Positions 61,000 through 64,000 of a stretch of DNA of 64,000 nucleotides are shown piece after piece (positions within the stretch are counted from its first letter, which is position 1; every line of letters starts with the position of its first letter). This stretch comes from Macrostomum lignano (Eukaryota). The notes under the pieces are model-generated. The model did no database searches, was not told the DNA's origin, and saw only the letters and a list, made by a program, of their open reading frames with translations. A program made the translations under genes and the position numbers. The stretch lies in NCBI GenBank assembly GCA_002269645.1, contig NIVC01004039.1, forward strand, positions 55,803 through 119,802. Direction: 5' to 3'.

Positions 61000-62095
61000 G
61001 CACCTGAAGGATCAAAGACCTGAAGGATCATGCACCTGAGTGAATAGACCTAAAGGATTATAGACCTGAAGGATCAGAGACCTGAAGAATAAGAGACCTA
61101 AAGGATCAGGGACCTGAAGGATCAGGGACCTGAAGGATCAGGGACCTGAAGGATCAGGGACCTGAAGGATCAGGGACCTGAAGGATCAGGGACCTGAAGG
61201 ATCAGGGACCTGAAGGATCAGGGACCTGAAGGATCAGGGACCTGAAGGATCAGGGACCTGAAGGATCAGGGACCTGAAGGATCAGGGACCTGAAGGATCA
61301 GGGACCTGAAGGATCAGGGACCTGAAGGATCAGGGACCTGAAGGATCAGGGACCTGAAGGATCAGGGACCTGAAGGATCAGGGACCTGAAGGATCAGGGA
61401 CTGAAGGATCAGGGACCTGAAGGATCAGGGACCTGAAGGATCAGGGACCTGAAGGATCAGGGACCTGAAGGATCAGGGACCTGAAGGATCAGGGACCTGA
61501 AGGATCAGGGACCTGAAGGATCAGGGACCTGAAGGATCAGGGACCTGAAGGATCAGGGACCGAAGGATCAGGGACCTGAAGGATCAGGGACCTGAAGGAT
61601 CAGGGACCTGAAGGATCAGGGACCTGAAGGATCAGGGACCTGAAGGATCAGGGACCTGAAGGATCAGGGACCTGAAGGATCAGGGACCTGAAGTATAAAG
61701 GAGCTGAAAGATCAGAAACCTGAAGGATCAGGGACCTGAAAGAATAAACGTGAAGTATTGGACCTGAAGGATCAGACCTGAAAGATCAGAGGCCTGTAGG
61801 ATCAGGGACTGAGAGACCTAAAGGATTAGACCTAAAGGATCATGCACCTGAAAGATCAGAGGCCTGTAGGATCAGGGACTGAGAGACCTAAAGGATTAGA
61901 CCTAAAGGATCATGCACCTGAAGGATCATGCACCTGAGTTATTAGACCTTAAGGATCAGAGACCTGAAGGATTAGACCTGAAGAGTCAGAGACCTGAACA
62001 ATTAGAGACCTGAAGGATTAGACCTGAAGGATCATGCCCTTAAAGGATTAGACCTATAGGATCAAAGACCTTAATGATTAGAGACCTGATGACTC
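61000..62095. repeat. 16-bp minisatellite (GGACCTGAAGGATCAG)n, homogeneous core with degenerate flanks
   Basis: About 37 near-perfect units at 61100-61690. Confidence 0.97.
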
Positions 62096-62826
62096 CAGAT
62101 CATATAGTATATGCCAAAAATTTGGGTGTGCATTGGAATTGCATGCCAAAAGTTAGGCCTATATAGTTGGTGCATTACTCCTAAGAAAATAATATGCAAG
62201 CATACTAAGCATACACTTTGTAGTATCATGTGAAAGAGTTAGTATAAAGTGGAAAAAAGATTGAAAAGTTCATTTTTAATTGTAAATTTCATATTTTCCA
62301 ATTTTTAACCTTGTATTTGTAATAAAGCATTTAAACAAATTGTTGTGCATATATATTTCCCCTAAAGTAATAAAGGCAAGAATGATAAATAATCAACCAA
62401 ATTATCAATTAAAAAGGGTCTATTACGCAATGCAAAAAAATCATTTTTGGTCACAATGTAAATAGGTCATTTATGATTTATTGTTGCAACACTGGCCTAG
62501 ATTTGAGAGTGTAGACATGCACTTAGAATTTTTTGGCATTTATCCTTGATAGCTGTAATTAATAATTTAAATTGTAATTATTTAATTTTTGCTTAGGTGT
62601 GCAGCCAGCATGATCCAGACTATGGACTAACTAAAATCACAGGCTAAGTATGCCCTAAAAGTATTTACACCACAAATACAAACTTAGATATCTAGAAAGT
62701 TTTATCATTATTTGAGTACAAGACCTTACTAGCTGTTGGATTTAAATACCCCTTTATAATAGATTCTAGGAAATGAATGTATTATAAGTATAAGTATATT
62801 CTTATTATTTTTAAATTATTATCAAA

Positions 62827-63268
62827 GGCAGCTGTTATTGTTACGGTGACCATTTAAATAGAAAGACAGTTATTTTTACAGTCAACACTTAAAAACAAAT
62901 ACATATAAATGAAGTGACAAACTTGCTATCCAAATATTAAGATGGTTGAATTAAAAAAATAAAGAAATGTGTTATGAATAAATACAATGGTAACTTCTAG
63001 TGGTTCTTGTCATGGTAGCTAGCTTTAGCTAATTGTTAACTATTACATTGTTATTAAACTGAAATTTCTTCCACATGATTGATGACCATTAAAAATAGCC
63101 ATTTTGCTTTTCTTACCTATTATGGTGAGGGTAAAAATAACAGTTTTGCTATTTATACAGTCACATTAAGTAAAGACCATAGGCCCAGATAGTGTCTTTT
63201 GCAGTAACCATAAAAATAACCATTTTATTATTTATATGGTCATGGTCACCGTAACAATAACAACTGCC
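62827..63268. mobile_element. Mutator/MULE-like MITE, 442 bp, with 9-bp TSD
   Basis: TIRs GGCAGCTGTTATTGTTACGGTGACCA / TGGTCACCGTAACAATAACAACTGCC (one mismatch in 26 bp); TSD ATTATCAAA at 62818-62826 and 63269-63277. Confidence 0.88.
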
Positions 63269-64000
63269 ATTATCAAAATATGGCTAGTATAGATATAGAA
63301 AACAATCTAATTAGAAACAATTTGTTTAACAGACGATTTGATATTAGTAGCTCAAAAGGAAAAGTGTTTTATCACTTCTATATAGTTTATTGAATCAAAA
63401 AGCTCTGATAAACCTCTTACAGTTTATTAAGACCTTAAGTGAACAATTTATACTGACCATTAATTTTTTTTATAAGCAGACGGAAATTAAAAGGAAATAT
63501 ATCAAAGCGAGAGTGAATCAGTGATAAATTATAATGTTAGTAAATTTCAGCAAAATAATTATTTTTGAATTTTAGAAGACAATGCCATCGGAAAATAAAG
63601 TCAGGCTAAAACAATTTTGAAAAAAATTAAGAATTTACTTCCTCATTTTAAATCTACTCAGCACAGTTTTCGGAACAAAAATTAAATAATAACGATGAAA
63701 GTAATAAAGAATTACTTTTTGTATTTTAAAAAGCTAATTGGGCAAGATTTTGGTTTGTTTTTAAAACTTATATTAAAATATCGTTTTACCTGATGTCCAG
63801 TTCTACGAAAAGAAAGAATAATAATAGGGGCCTAATTTAAATTGGGGTCTCCCTGAAACTTCTCACTAAGTGAATATAGCTAAACTATATGAAGTCATCA
63901 ATAGCTATAACAGTTATGCAAACTAAAACAGATACATCAGCAGTTTAATAAATAGCCGGTTTTCAGTTTTATATTCGTTTACTGTCTTTTTTAATTCCCT

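Overview
Metazoan, intron-rich eukaryotic DNA; there are no prokaryotic features and no CRISPR. GC-rich exons are separated by introns packed with unrelated minisatellites. This organisation is reminiscent of the flatworm Macrostomum, but that is an inference and I cannot confirm the species. Gene models rebuilt by hand from GT-AG junctions and reading phase: a 2-exon orphan class A GPCR (-), an angiomotin-like gene split by a +1 frame break at CCC-TGA (+), two intact tandem 12-exon ionotropic glutamate receptor paralogs (+, about 871 and 867 aa), a BAMBI-like kinase-less TGF-beta pseudoreceptor (+), a 10-exon 3xCUB-LDLa-TM Neto/SOL-2/LEV-10-like gene (-) and a septate-junction-type claudin (-). 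Mobile DNA: a decayed gag-less BEL/Pao LTR element inside a (TTAG)n tract, two copies of a tRNA-derived SINE, a CORE-SINE, and several MITE-like elements, one with a 9-bp TSD. Most interesting: both iGluRs end in CaaX-like motifs (CVLF, CIIF) and have a rewritten gate motif; the paralogs are a mosaic of near-identical and about 60%-identical blocks; many intronic minisatellites are arrays of sense-oriented splice-site look-alikes; the angiomotin frame break has antizyme-like shifty-stop geometry; and the channels sit next to members of two iGluR auxiliary-subunit superfamilies. Almost all long ORFs in the supplied track that fall over repeats are artefacts. Coordinates were counted by eye and may be off by a few bases.
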